DNA of 64,000 nucleotides from Candidatus Omnitrophota bacterium (GTDB lineage Bacteria > Omnitrophota > Gorgyraeia > Velamenicoccales > JABMQK01), in the NCBI GenBank assembly GCA_028711115.1, contig JAQTSV010000001.1, positions 1,368,928 to 1,432,927 of the forward strand, given 5' to 3'. This document shows positions 46,406-54,600 of this stretch, piece after piece; the first letter of the stretch is position 1, and each line of letters opens with the position of its first letter. Position numbers and translations under genes: made by a program. The notes beneath the pieces are model-generated. The model had not been told where the DNA came from. It was given only the letters and a program-made list of their open reading frames with translations, and ran no database searches.

Positions 46406-47657
46406 ATTTTATCAAATGCACTAAATCCCTTTTTGCCGGGCATATGTAAGAACACAAACCGCACTCGATACAATCCAAAGCGTCGTAATCTTTAGCAATA
46501 TCCCATCTTTCTTTTTCAGCAGCCATAGTTATAATTGCAGGCATTATGCGCGCAGGGCAGACATCGATACAACGCGCGCAGCGGCAGCAGACGCGGTCTT
46601 CTCTTACAACCAACTCTTCTTTACTGAAGAATACTATGCCGCTCGTAGTTTTAATTACAGGCACATCCAAAGAAAACTGGGCGATGCCCATCATCGGCCC
46701 GCCGAAAACCACTTTTGCCGGCTCTTTTTTAAATCCGCCGCACTCCTGGATTAAATCCCTGACGGTCGTGCCAATCCTTACCAGAAAATTTCCCGGATTT
46801 TCTATACAGCTTCCTGTAACAGAAACTACACGCTCATAAAGCGGTTTATTTTTATCGACTGCCTCATAAATTGCAAAAACCGTTGCCACGTTCTGCACCA
46901 CCACGCCGATATCAAAAGGCAGGCCGCCTGACGGCACTTCTTTATTCAAAATTTCCTTAATCAGCTGTTTTTCTCCGCCTTGCGGATAGTATGTCTTTAA
47001 AATTTTTAATTTAAAACCTGCGGGTAGATGTTTCTTAAATATTTCTACTGCCTCGGGTTTATTATCCTCAATTGCAACAATGCAATTATCAATTCCCAGC
47101 ACCTTTAAAACAATCTTTGCGCCTTCGATAATTTCGTTTGCGTGCTCTACCATCAGACGATGGTCGGTGGTAAGATACGGCTCACACTCAGCGCCGTTTA
47201 AGATAAAGGTATCCACCGGTTTTGAGGGCTTTAACTTTATGTGCGTAGGAAAACCTGCCCCGCCCATACCGACTATGCCTGCGTTAAAAATAATCTCGCG
47301 GATTTTTTCTGCGGAATACGCATCTATTTCTTTTCTGGCGGCAGGTTCATTATAATTTTTTTCATCTCTGCCGTCTGATTCAATGATTACTGCTTTGGCT
47401 CTGCCTAAAACAGGATGCAACCAATCTGTAATAACCGATACTTTTCCGGAGGCTGAAGCGTGCACGGGGCTGAATAAACCAGACTCGGAAGTCGCAATCA
47501 TCTGACCGGTCTTTACCAAATCGTTGGGCTTGACCAAAATTTTATCGCAAGGCCTGCCAAAATGCTGAACCAAAGGAATATAGACTTTGACAGTCAACTT
47601 TGCGTTCTGAATTGCCTTATTTTCTGTTAATTCTTTATGCTCTGCTAATCTGACCAT
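46380..47657 (-). CDS. rnfC: Rnf complex subunit C
   Basis: GMGGAGFPTHIKL, and two CxxCxxCxxxCP motifs at the C-terminus. Confidence 0.9.
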   Translation of the reverse strand: MVRLAEHKELTENKAIQNAKLTVKVYIPLVQHFGRPCDKILVKPNDLVKTGQMIATSESGLFSPVHASASGKVSVITDWLHPVLGRAKAVIIESDGRDEKNYNEPAARKEIDAYSAEKIREIIFNAGIVGMGGAGFPTHIKLKPSKPVDTFILNGAECEPYLTTDHRLMVEHANEIIEGAKIVLKVLGIDNCIVAIEDNKPEAVEIFKKHLPAGFKLKILKTYYPQGGEKQLIKEILNKEVPSGGLPFDIGVVVQNVATVFAIYEAVDKNKPLYERVVSVTGSCIENPGNFLVRIGTTVRDLIQECGGFKKEPAKVVFGGPMMGIAQFSLDVPVIKTTSGIVFFSKEELVVREDRVCCRCARCIDVCPARIMPAIITMAAEKERWDIAKDYDALDCIECGLCSYICPAKRDLVHLIKYAKSRIKK

Positions 47658-48897
47658 TTTTCTTCAACAATCCCACTATACCTACTAAAATAACAAAAAT
47701 TCCCACACCAATCAAAATAGCAAACTGCCCCAGATATTCTGCCAAACTGGAAGTAATAAACATAAAAATCAGGAATGCAAAATGTACCACTATTTCCAGC
47801 GCCGTAAATACCTTACCCCTCATGCTTGTATCTGTCAATTCGTGCACCAGGGTATTTGAGGCAATCATAATCGGCGAAATGCTCAGGCCTAAAACAAAAG
47901 AAAGCGCAGCTGCCAAAGCAAAATTCATAAAATGATAGCTTGTAACAGTAAATGCTATGAGTGAAATCCCTGCAAATACGAGGCTGATAAATATCACCTT
48001 AAAATAAGACGTTCTTCTACCGAATTTTCCATACACCAAAGAGCCAAAAAATAAACCGCATCCTAAAAACACCGCCAATAAACCTAAATCCTTGACCACC
48101 GAGGTAAACACGCGTTGTATAAATACAATTATAATAACATAAACACCGCCCAGAGCTGCCCAGAGTATAAATAAAATATTTAGAATTGTTTTTATGTTTT
48201 CCTGCCTGCTCAAGAAACCGAATACATCTTTTAATTCTTCCACTACAGATGTCTTTATTACCTCTACTATCTCCTTGCCTACTTTTAAAACTTCTTTGGC
48301 CTTAACTTTAATGCCCATCTTTGTGCTCACGAAGAATATTAAAATTCCTGAAATAAGAAAAGTTGAAGCATCCAGATAGAACCCGCCTTTTGCGCCCAGT
48401 ATCTCTACAATAATTCCGCCTATGCCAAAACCCATTGCCGCTGCAATCATACCGGTGGTATTTACCAAAGAATTAGCCATAAGCAGGTCTTCCTTATTTA
48501 CCAAATCAGGGATTATGGACATCTTGGCCGGCACAAAAAATCTGCTCAGGCAGAACACCAGGAAAACCACTATATACAACGGAATCAGAGAGCTGGTATT
48601 CATCAGGAATAAAGGAATGGTAAAAACAAGTACGGCGCGGATTAAGTCGCAGACAAACATAGTCCTGCGCCTGTCCCACCTGTCCACATAAACACCGGCT
48701 AAAGGGCCTATGAGGAATACGGGAATAATGGTAATGGCCATCAATTTAGCGAGCTCAAATGTAGAGCCGGGGGCCCGTTTAAATATAAAGGCGATCAGCG
48801 CCATCTGATTGAGCCGATCGCCAAATTGAGAGATAACCTGACCAATCCAAAGCAGGAAAAAATTCCTATTCCTTATGATCTGCCTGAAATGAGACAT
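47635..48897 (-). CDS. MFS transporter
   Basis: 420 aa with about 12 hydrophobic helices and a DRWDRRR loop motif after TM2. Confidence 0.75.
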   Translation of the reverse strand: MSHFRQIIRNRNFFLLWIGQVISQFGDRLNQMALIAFIFKRAPGSTFELAKLMAITIIPVFLIGPLAGVYVDRWDRRRTMFVCDLIRAVLVFTIPLFLMNTSSLIPLYIVVFLVFCLSRFFVPAKMSIIPDLVNKEDLLMANSLVNTTGMIAAAMGFGIGGIIVEILGAKGGFYLDASTFLISGILIFFVSTKMGIKVKAKEVLKVGKEIVEVIKTSVVEELKDVFGFLSRQENIKTILNILFILWAALGGVYVIIIVFIQRVFTSVVKDLGLLAVFLGCGLFFGSLVYGKFGRRTSYFKVIFISLVFAGISLIAFTVTSYHFMNFALAAALSFVLGLSISPIMIASNTLVHELTDTSMRGKVFTALEIVVHFAFLIFMFITSSLAEYLGQFAILIGVGIFVILVGIVGLLKKNGQISRA

Positions 48898-48920
48898 ATA
48901 ATACCGGATTTTATTTTTAA

Positions 48921-48992
48921 GCTGGCGAGAGGAGTCGAACCTCCGACCTGAGCTTTACGAAAGCCCTGCTCTACCAACTGAGCTACGCCAGC
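48921..48992 (-). tRNA. tRNA-Thr (CGU)
   Basis: The reverse complement is GCTGGCGTAGCTCAGTTGGTAGAGCAGGGCTTTCGTAAAGCTCAGGTCGGAGGTTCGACTCCTCTCGCCAGC. It folds as a 72-nt cloverleaf with anticodon loop TTCGTAA. CCA is not encoded. Confidence 0.9.
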
Positions 48993-49027
48993 AAAATCCA
49001 CAATTCTACGACAAAAACTAGCGATTG

Positions 49028-49056
49028 ATTATATCAGAGACTGGAAATCTGTTCAA
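49028..49056 (-). promoter_or_regulatory. Putative promoter for tRNA-Thr (-35 TTGAAC, 17 nt, -10 TATAAT)
   Basis: The minus strand reads TTGAACagatttccagtctctgaTATAAT, with its -10 hexamer ending 36 nt upstream of the mature tRNA 5' end. Confidence 0.6.
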
Positions 49057-49147
49057 TAAAAATGGTTGCGGCGTTGCTTCTTAGATGGAAATTCGCACTT
49101 TATTACGGCTGGTTGATTATTTTTCTACCTTATAAATTATAAATTTG

Positions 49148-49732
49148 CTACGCGTTACCGATAATAATCATTACCCCTTTTCTTATCATCATAACCGCAA
49201 TGGCGGCTAAAAGAAGACTGGTTACTTTGGAGAGCGCCCGGGTACCGTTCTCGCCCAAAATCTTTATGAGAATATCTGAAGACATAAAAATCAATCCCGC
49301 CAGAACCACATTAGCCACTACCGAAACCAGAGTCGCTGCCATTCCGTATTCGGCGATGAGAATTAAGGAAGTAGTTAAGACTGCCGGCCCCACTATCAAA
49401 GGTATGCCTAAAGGAACAGCGCCTAATTCCTTGGGAGCAACCCGGTGCTGCTTGCCCGGGATTAATATATCCCTTATGGCGATACAAAAAAGGATAAAGC
49501 CTCCTGCAATCATAAAATCGCCTATGGTAATTCCCAATACTTTAAATACCGCTTTACCCAAAAATATAAAAGCCACCGCTAAAATTATTGCCGTTATGGA
49601 AGAATTCAAAATAATTCTTCTCTTATTTATTTTTTTAATCCCTTCAGTAAGCGAGATAAAAATCGGTAATACCCCTATAGCATCTACTGCCACGAATATG
49701 GGGATAAATGCCAAAAGATAGTTATTGTTCAT
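49148..49732 (-). CDS. MarC/UPF0056 family membrane protein
   Basis: 194 aa with six hydrophobic helices and an FIPIFVAVDAIG N-terminus typical of the MarC family. Confidence 0.75.
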   Translation of the reverse strand: MNNNYLLAFIPIFVAVDAIGVLPIFISLTEGIKKINKRRIILNSSITAIILAVAFIFLGKAVFKVLGITIGDFMIAGGFILFCIAIRDILIPGKQHRVAPKELGAVPLGIPLIVGPAVLTTSLILIAEYGMAATLVSVVANVVLAGLIFMSSDILIKILGENGTRALSKVTSLLLAAIAVMMIRKGVMIIIGNA

Positions 49733-49757
49733 ATTTTCTACCTCGTGTTAATGTTTG

Positions 49758-50138
49758 TTAATAAATTTTCATCGGCCATTTAAGCATAAGCTTGGGGAGG
49801 AATATCCAGACTCCCACAATAGCCGAAAAAATACACGCCAATAATACTGCCGCCGAAGCAATATCCTTGAGCATCTTGACAATGGAGTTTATCTTGGCGC
49901 CATGGAATAAATCCACCATGCATTCAAAAGCAGTATTTATCGTCTCCAGAGTCAGAACCAAGGCAATACAGACCAGAACAATCAGGAACTCTATCTTGTC
50001 TAAATGCAGAAAAAAAGACATTGCTATCACAATAAAAGCAATGCCCAGATGAATAATCATGTTGCGTTCATTTCTGCAGACATAATAAAGGCCTTTTGCT
50101 GCATTTATAAAACTCCGGATTAATTTGCGCCTGTGCAT
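49758..50138 (-). CDS. dgkA: Diacylglycerol/undecaprenol kinase (prokaryotic DAGK family)
   Basis: 126 aa with NERN, ETINTAFE..VD and three TM helices. Confidence 0.8.
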   Translation of the reverse strand: MHRRKLIRSFINAAKGLYYVCRNERNMIIHLGIAFIVIAMSFFLHLDKIEFLIVLVCIALVLTLETINTAFECMVDLFHGAKINSIVKMLKDIASAAVLLACIFSAIVGVWIFLPKLMLKWPMKIY

Positions 50139-51044
50139 TTAGACCATCTCCAGCATTCTGTCTATGGCTTTCTTTGCCCTGCGGCGGATTTCATCGGGAA
50201 CCCGCACTTCTTCCCTTAGTTCCTCTAATGCCCACTGGACTTTTTCCTGCGTGGTCCTTTTCATATTCGGACAAACCGCCAGTTCTGTGGCAGGATAAAA
50301 CTTTTTGTCAGGGTTATCTTTTCCCAGACGATAGATAATCCCTGTTTCTGTGCCGATAATAAATTCCTTAGCCGGAGATTCTTTGGCATATTTACACATC
50401 TTTCCCGTAGAAAGCGCCTCATCGGCAAGGGAAATTACCTCCGGAGTGCATTCAGGATGCACGATTACTTTTGCGTGAGGATGTTTCCTTACCGATTTGA
50501 TAATATCTTCGGGAAGTATTTTTACATGCGTGGGGCAATACCCGTCCCAGGAAATAAGCACGCGCCCGGTCTTCTTGGACACAAAATCCGCCAGATATTT
50601 ATCCGGCACAAAAATAATTTCTTCTGAGCTTTTAAGCTTATTTACCACTTCCACTGCGTTTGTGGAAGTGCAGCAGATATCCAGTTCTGCTTTCACGTCT
50701 GCAGAGGTATTCACATAACCTACCACTGCTGCCTTGGGATGGCGCGATTTTAATTCCCGCAAATCCTCGGCCGTTATCATATTCGCCATGGGGCATCCGG
50801 ATTTTATATCCGGCATAATTACTTTTTTGTCCGGGCATAAAATTGAGGCGGTCTCGGCCATAAAATGCACGCCGCAAAAAATAATAACTTCGGCGTCACT
50901 CTTAGCAGCGATACGGCTGAGTTCCAGCGAATCGCCTAAATGGTCGGCAATATCCTGGACTTCCGGCAACTGATAATTATGCACCAGGATTATGGCGTGC
51001 CTGTCTTTTTTGAGTTTGTTTATTTTATCTATTAACTGACTCAT
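50139..51044 (-). CDS. nadA: Quinolinate synthase
   Basis: ILVHNYQ, GVHFMAETA, CPMA and the HPECTPEV pattern. Confidence 0.93.
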   Translation of the reverse strand: MSQLIDKINKLKKDRHAIILVHNYQLPEVQDIADHLGDSLELSRIAAKSDAEVIIFCGVHFMAETASILCPDKKVIMPDIKSGCPMANMITAEDLRELKSRHPKAAVVGYVNTSADVKAELDICCTSTNAVEVVNKLKSSEEIIFVPDKYLADFVSKKTGRVLISWDGYCPTHVKILPEDIIKSVRKHPHAKVIVHPECTPEVISLADEALSTGKMCKYAKESPAKEFIIGTETGIIYRLGKDNPDKKFYPATELAVCPNMKRTTQEKVQWALEELREEVRVPDEIRRRAKKAIDRMLEMV

Positions 51045-51214
51045 AACCTAAAAACCCCTGTTGGATAATTGTTAATTAGGATATTTAATGTATAAGTTAT
51101 ATCAAGAAATAGATGGCTTTGCAAGGTTAAAATAAAACTTAAGTATAGAAACAAAACGGAAAGATTTTAGGAAAATTAATCTTGGTGGACTAAAATAAAG
51201 AAATACCCGGGGTT

Positions 51215-53338
51215 TTATTTCGAGGTAGGAAGTTTGCGGAGAGGCTCTAATTTTGTATTGTCCGTCTTTAATTTATTAATTTCTTTAAACCTTACATTCC
51301 CCATGAGTTCTGCGCGGTTAAAACGGTTAACATCAGTTGATACCCTGAAATGCACAACGCTTCTTACATTAGGTTCTGTGACTTTAGATATGGTTAAGGT
51401 ATGGGTAACATTCGGGTAAAGTATAGGCCGTATGCCTTGCGGCACAGTATAGCTTCCTGTGTTCGGCACTACCACATTTAAATCTTCTGACCATAGTGCA
51501 ACCATTCTTGAGTCGGCATAGGCTGATTCTATATCAAAGAAATTAGCCAAGGCCAATAAGACATTCTTGACGCTGAAATTGCAAGAGATGGGTCTGGTAT
51601 AATTAGGATGCCCTATAACAATTCTTAAGGATTCATTAGGTTCTATGTTGGTAGTCTGCCAGGTAATCGTAGGCGCAAAAGTATTTACAGTCCCTCCTTC
51701 GTGTGGATAAGTAATATTTATTGCCGGTATAAGCCAGAGATTATAACCCTGCCTGATAGTCCTGTCTTGCTGGTTCTGAGATATAGCCACAACTCCCCAC
51801 CACTCTTCATTCATATTCATGTCATCGTAAGCAGGATTAAGCCAGTCAGTCTCGGTGTCGTGGCTCGAAGGTGTGCCGTGACTACTCTTCCACCAGCCGT
51901 CTCTCCAGGAAAACATAATTCCGCCTATGCATACGCCAGGCGTAAAATTGGTGGAAAGATTTGCGCTGATCTCTGTCCACTGCGATGTTAAATAACTTAA
52001 CTGCATCGGCTGATTTTCCTGGCCGCTTCTGCCATCATATACATCACAACCAAACTCACTTATCAATAAAGGCTTGTTACTTAAGGTTTGATAATCACTA
52101 AATGTGTCACCGAATGATTCGCCCCGGTATAACTGCAAAGACCATAAATCCAGGTGCGGTAATGAAACATCGTCAGCATTTATCGTCGGGTCTCCGATAT
52201 CCCAAACTTCCTGGTCTGCATTGGCTGTGGTTACAGGATGATAATTTGCTCCTTCCAAAAGGTGGGCTTCTTCTGCGCACTCATCTACCAAGCTGTACCA
52301 ATCGTTGGGCGAAACTCCATTATCCTCGAGTATTCTGTTTACCTCATTTCCCAGACACCACATAAGTATCGCCGGATGATTTTTCCAGTGGCCAACCATA
52401 TCTAAGAAACATCTCTTGATATTTTGGCGCACCACAGGATTTCCAAAGTCAACTATCTGGTTCTGTCCATATACCGCATCCACAGGAAATCCCATAATCA
52501 AATAAATGCCCTGCTGATTTAAGCTGTCTAAAAATGCTCTTTGCGTAGGGCGCTTGTGGTAAGTCCTGACCACATTTGCCCTCATACTGTCTATAAGAGG
52601 CATATCCGGAGTATAATTCTCAGGATACAAAGACCAATCATAACCAGATCCAATTTCTCCCACGGGCGTAAATTCGGCTGAGACGCCTCTTACTGTAAAG
52701 GCGCTGCCATTAACTAATAATTGCCGGCCGTTCACCGCTACCTGCGTAGGAGTATATCCAGAAATAGGGATTTCCCACCTTACATAATCCACATAAAAAG
52801 TTGCGGCGCATTCTGCAGTAATCATAAAGGGCGAATATATCTGGGTTAAATTTGCATTAAATGCGCTGATGGGGATGGTGATTTCCTGCCATTCATTTAA
52901 TCCATTCCAGCCATAATTTGCAATGTAGCGTGTGCGCACCGGCCCATTTGGGCCTGTTTCCTTAAGCTCTACTTTCAAATTTACCGGGGTTTTAACAAAG
53001 AATCTTAACTGGCCCTGGCTATAATTAGAAAAATTTAAGGGACAAGGTTGGCCTCCGTCCTGCACATCAAAAAAGATTCCCCAACCAGCCCAATTTCCGC
53101 TTATTGTCTGAATACAGGAAACTCTTTCCGGCGCTTCCTGGTCTGAAATTGTATTGAAACTGCCTGCGCCCCCCTGCCATGTCCAGAGAACAGACTGATG
53201 CGGAATTCCTGCATCATTAAAAACATTAAATATGTCCGCCCAGCAAAAATTCGGCCCAAGACATACATCCATTAATAAAAAGATAAAAAAACTGGCAATA
53301 AAGATAAAAACTATATTTTGTCTTTTGTAAAACTTCAT
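51215..53338 (-). CDS. Secreted clan GH-A glycoside hydrolase/transglycosylase with N-terminal CBM-like domain; catalytic motifs resemble GH72
   Basis: Signal/anchor at the N-terminus. aa ~40-190 look like a beta-sandwich (FYVDYVRWE). The TIM-barrel region carries WCLGNEVN (E332, nt 52343-52345) and LLISEFGCD (E428, nt 52055-52057). Confidence 0.65.
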   Translation of the reverse strand: MKFYKRQNIVFIFIASFFIFLLMDVCLGPNFCWADIFNVFNDAGIPHQSVLWTWQGGAGSFNTISDQEAPERVSCIQTISGNWAGWGIFFDVQDGGQPCPLNFSNYSQGQLRFFVKTPVNLKVELKETGPNGPVRTRYIANYGWNGLNEWQEITIPISAFNANLTQIYSPFMITAECAATFYVDYVRWEIPISGYTPTQVAVNGRQLLVNGSAFTVRGVSAEFTPVGEIGSGYDWSLYPENYTPDMPLIDSMRANVVRTYHKRPTQRAFLDSLNQQGIYLIMGFPVDAVYGQNQIVDFGNPVVRQNIKRCFLDMVGHWKNHPAILMWCLGNEVNRILEDNGVSPNDWYSLVDECAEEAHLLEGANYHPVTTANADQEVWDIGDPTINADDVSLPHLDLWSLQLYRGESFGDTFSDYQTLSNKPLLISEFGCDVYDGRSGQENQPMQLSYLTSQWTEISANLSTNFTPGVCIGGIMFSWRDGWWKSSHGTPSSHDTETDWLNPAYDDMNMNEEWWGVVAISQNQQDRTIRQGYNLWLIPAINITYPHEGGTVNTFAPTITWQTTNIEPNESLRIVIGHPNYTRPISCNFSVKNVLLALANFFDIESAYADSRMVALWSEDLNVVVPNTGSYTVPQGIRPILYPNVTHTLTISKVTEPNVRSVVHFRVSTDVNRFNRAELMGNVRFKEINKLKTDNTKLEPLRKLPTSK

Positions 53339-53456
53339 TGCATTCTCCTTAAAATTTTGGGATTAAATTGAAGCCTTGGTAAAGCTATTTTGAGGAAAGT
53401 ATACACTATAAAAGAGGATTTTTCAAGGAAGGGACAACGATTTTAAAAACTGTTAA

Positions 53457-54575
53457 CTACAGAGTTTTAAATGACTTCTGTATTATTCCGCCGCCTAAAA
53501 CTATGCCTTTATCGTAGAAAACCGCGGATTGGCCGGGAGCAACTGCCCTTTGCGGCTTGAGAAATTCTACTTTGAGTTGATTTTTATTCAAAGGAATAAT
53601 GCGGCAGGAAGCTGATTTGTGATTATACCTGATTTTTACCTGTGCAGACATAGATTTCTTGGGAAAATCCATACCTATAAAGCTTAAATCTGCGGCAATC
53701 AATCCGCCTGAATAAAGCTCGTCTTCCCGGCCAACTATAATGGTATTTTTACGCGCATCAATCTTTATAACATAAGCACGATATCCCAAGGCAATACCCA
53801 AACCTTCCCGCTGGCCAATAGTATAAAAACAAATACCTTTGTGTTTACCTATAATATTACCTTGTGTATCTATTATTGGCCCTGGCTTTAATGTTTTCCC
53901 GTCTAATCTTTGCCTGATAAAATCTCGGTAATCATTATTCGGAACAAAACAGATTTCCTGACTGCCGGGCTTATCAGCCACGCGCAGTTTGTTTTCTCGG
54001 GCGATTTTTCTTACCTCGGCCTTGGTTAAATTCCCCAGCGGAAACAGAATCCCGCCCATTTTGTCTTTTGGCATACGAAACAGAAAATACGTTTGGTCCT
54101 TTTTGGCATCTTTTGCGGCTTTCAAGAAAAATCGCCCACTCCTATCTTTTGCCATCTTCGCATAATGCCCGGTCGCCAAATAATCGCAATTTAATTCCTT
54201 TGCCTTTTTCATAAGCGCGCCGAATTTAAGGTATTGATTGCAGCGCACGCAGGGATTTGGCGTTCTGCCGCTCAAATATTCTTTGACGAATTCGTCTATG
54301 ACTTTTTCTTTGAGTAATTTTCCAAATGAAAGCGTATAGTGTGGGATTTCCAACTGCTCCGCCACTCTTTTTGCGTCTTCAATCCCAGAAATGCTGCAGC
54401 AACTCGGCCGTTTTGTTTTCGAATCTTCCAAACCAAAGCACATCGTCACGCCAATAACGTCGTATCCCTGTTTTTTCAACAGGAACGCCGCCACAGAGGA
54501 ATCCACTCCTCCGCTCATCGCCACCAAAACACGTTTGTTAGTCTTTTTGGTAAGATTAAAATCTTGTTTGAACAT
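53457..54575 (-). CDS. mnmA: tRNA 2-thiouridine(34) synthase
   Basis: VAMSGGVDSSV PP-loop, NPCVRCN and DQTYFL motifs. Confidence 0.95.
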   Translation of the reverse strand: MFKQDFNLTKKTNKRVLVAMSGGVDSSVAAFLLKKQGYDVIGVTMCFGLEDSKTKRPSCCSISGIEDAKRVAEQLEIPHYTLSFGKLLKEKVIDEFVKEYLSGRTPNPCVRCNQYLKFGALMKKAKELNCDYLATGHYAKMAKDRSGRFFLKAAKDAKKDQTYFLFRMPKDKMGGILFPLGNLTKAEVRKIARENKLRVADKPGSQEICFVPNNDYRDFIRQRLDGKTLKPGPIIDTQGNIIGKHKGICFYTIGQREGLGIALGYRAYVIKIDARKNTIIVGREDELYSGGLIAADLSFIGMDFPKKSMSAQVKIRYNHKSASCRIIPLNKNQLKVEFLKPQRAVAPGQSAVFYDKGIVLGGGIIQKSFKTL

Positions 54576-54600
54576 AATTTAGAATTAAATAAGAATATTC

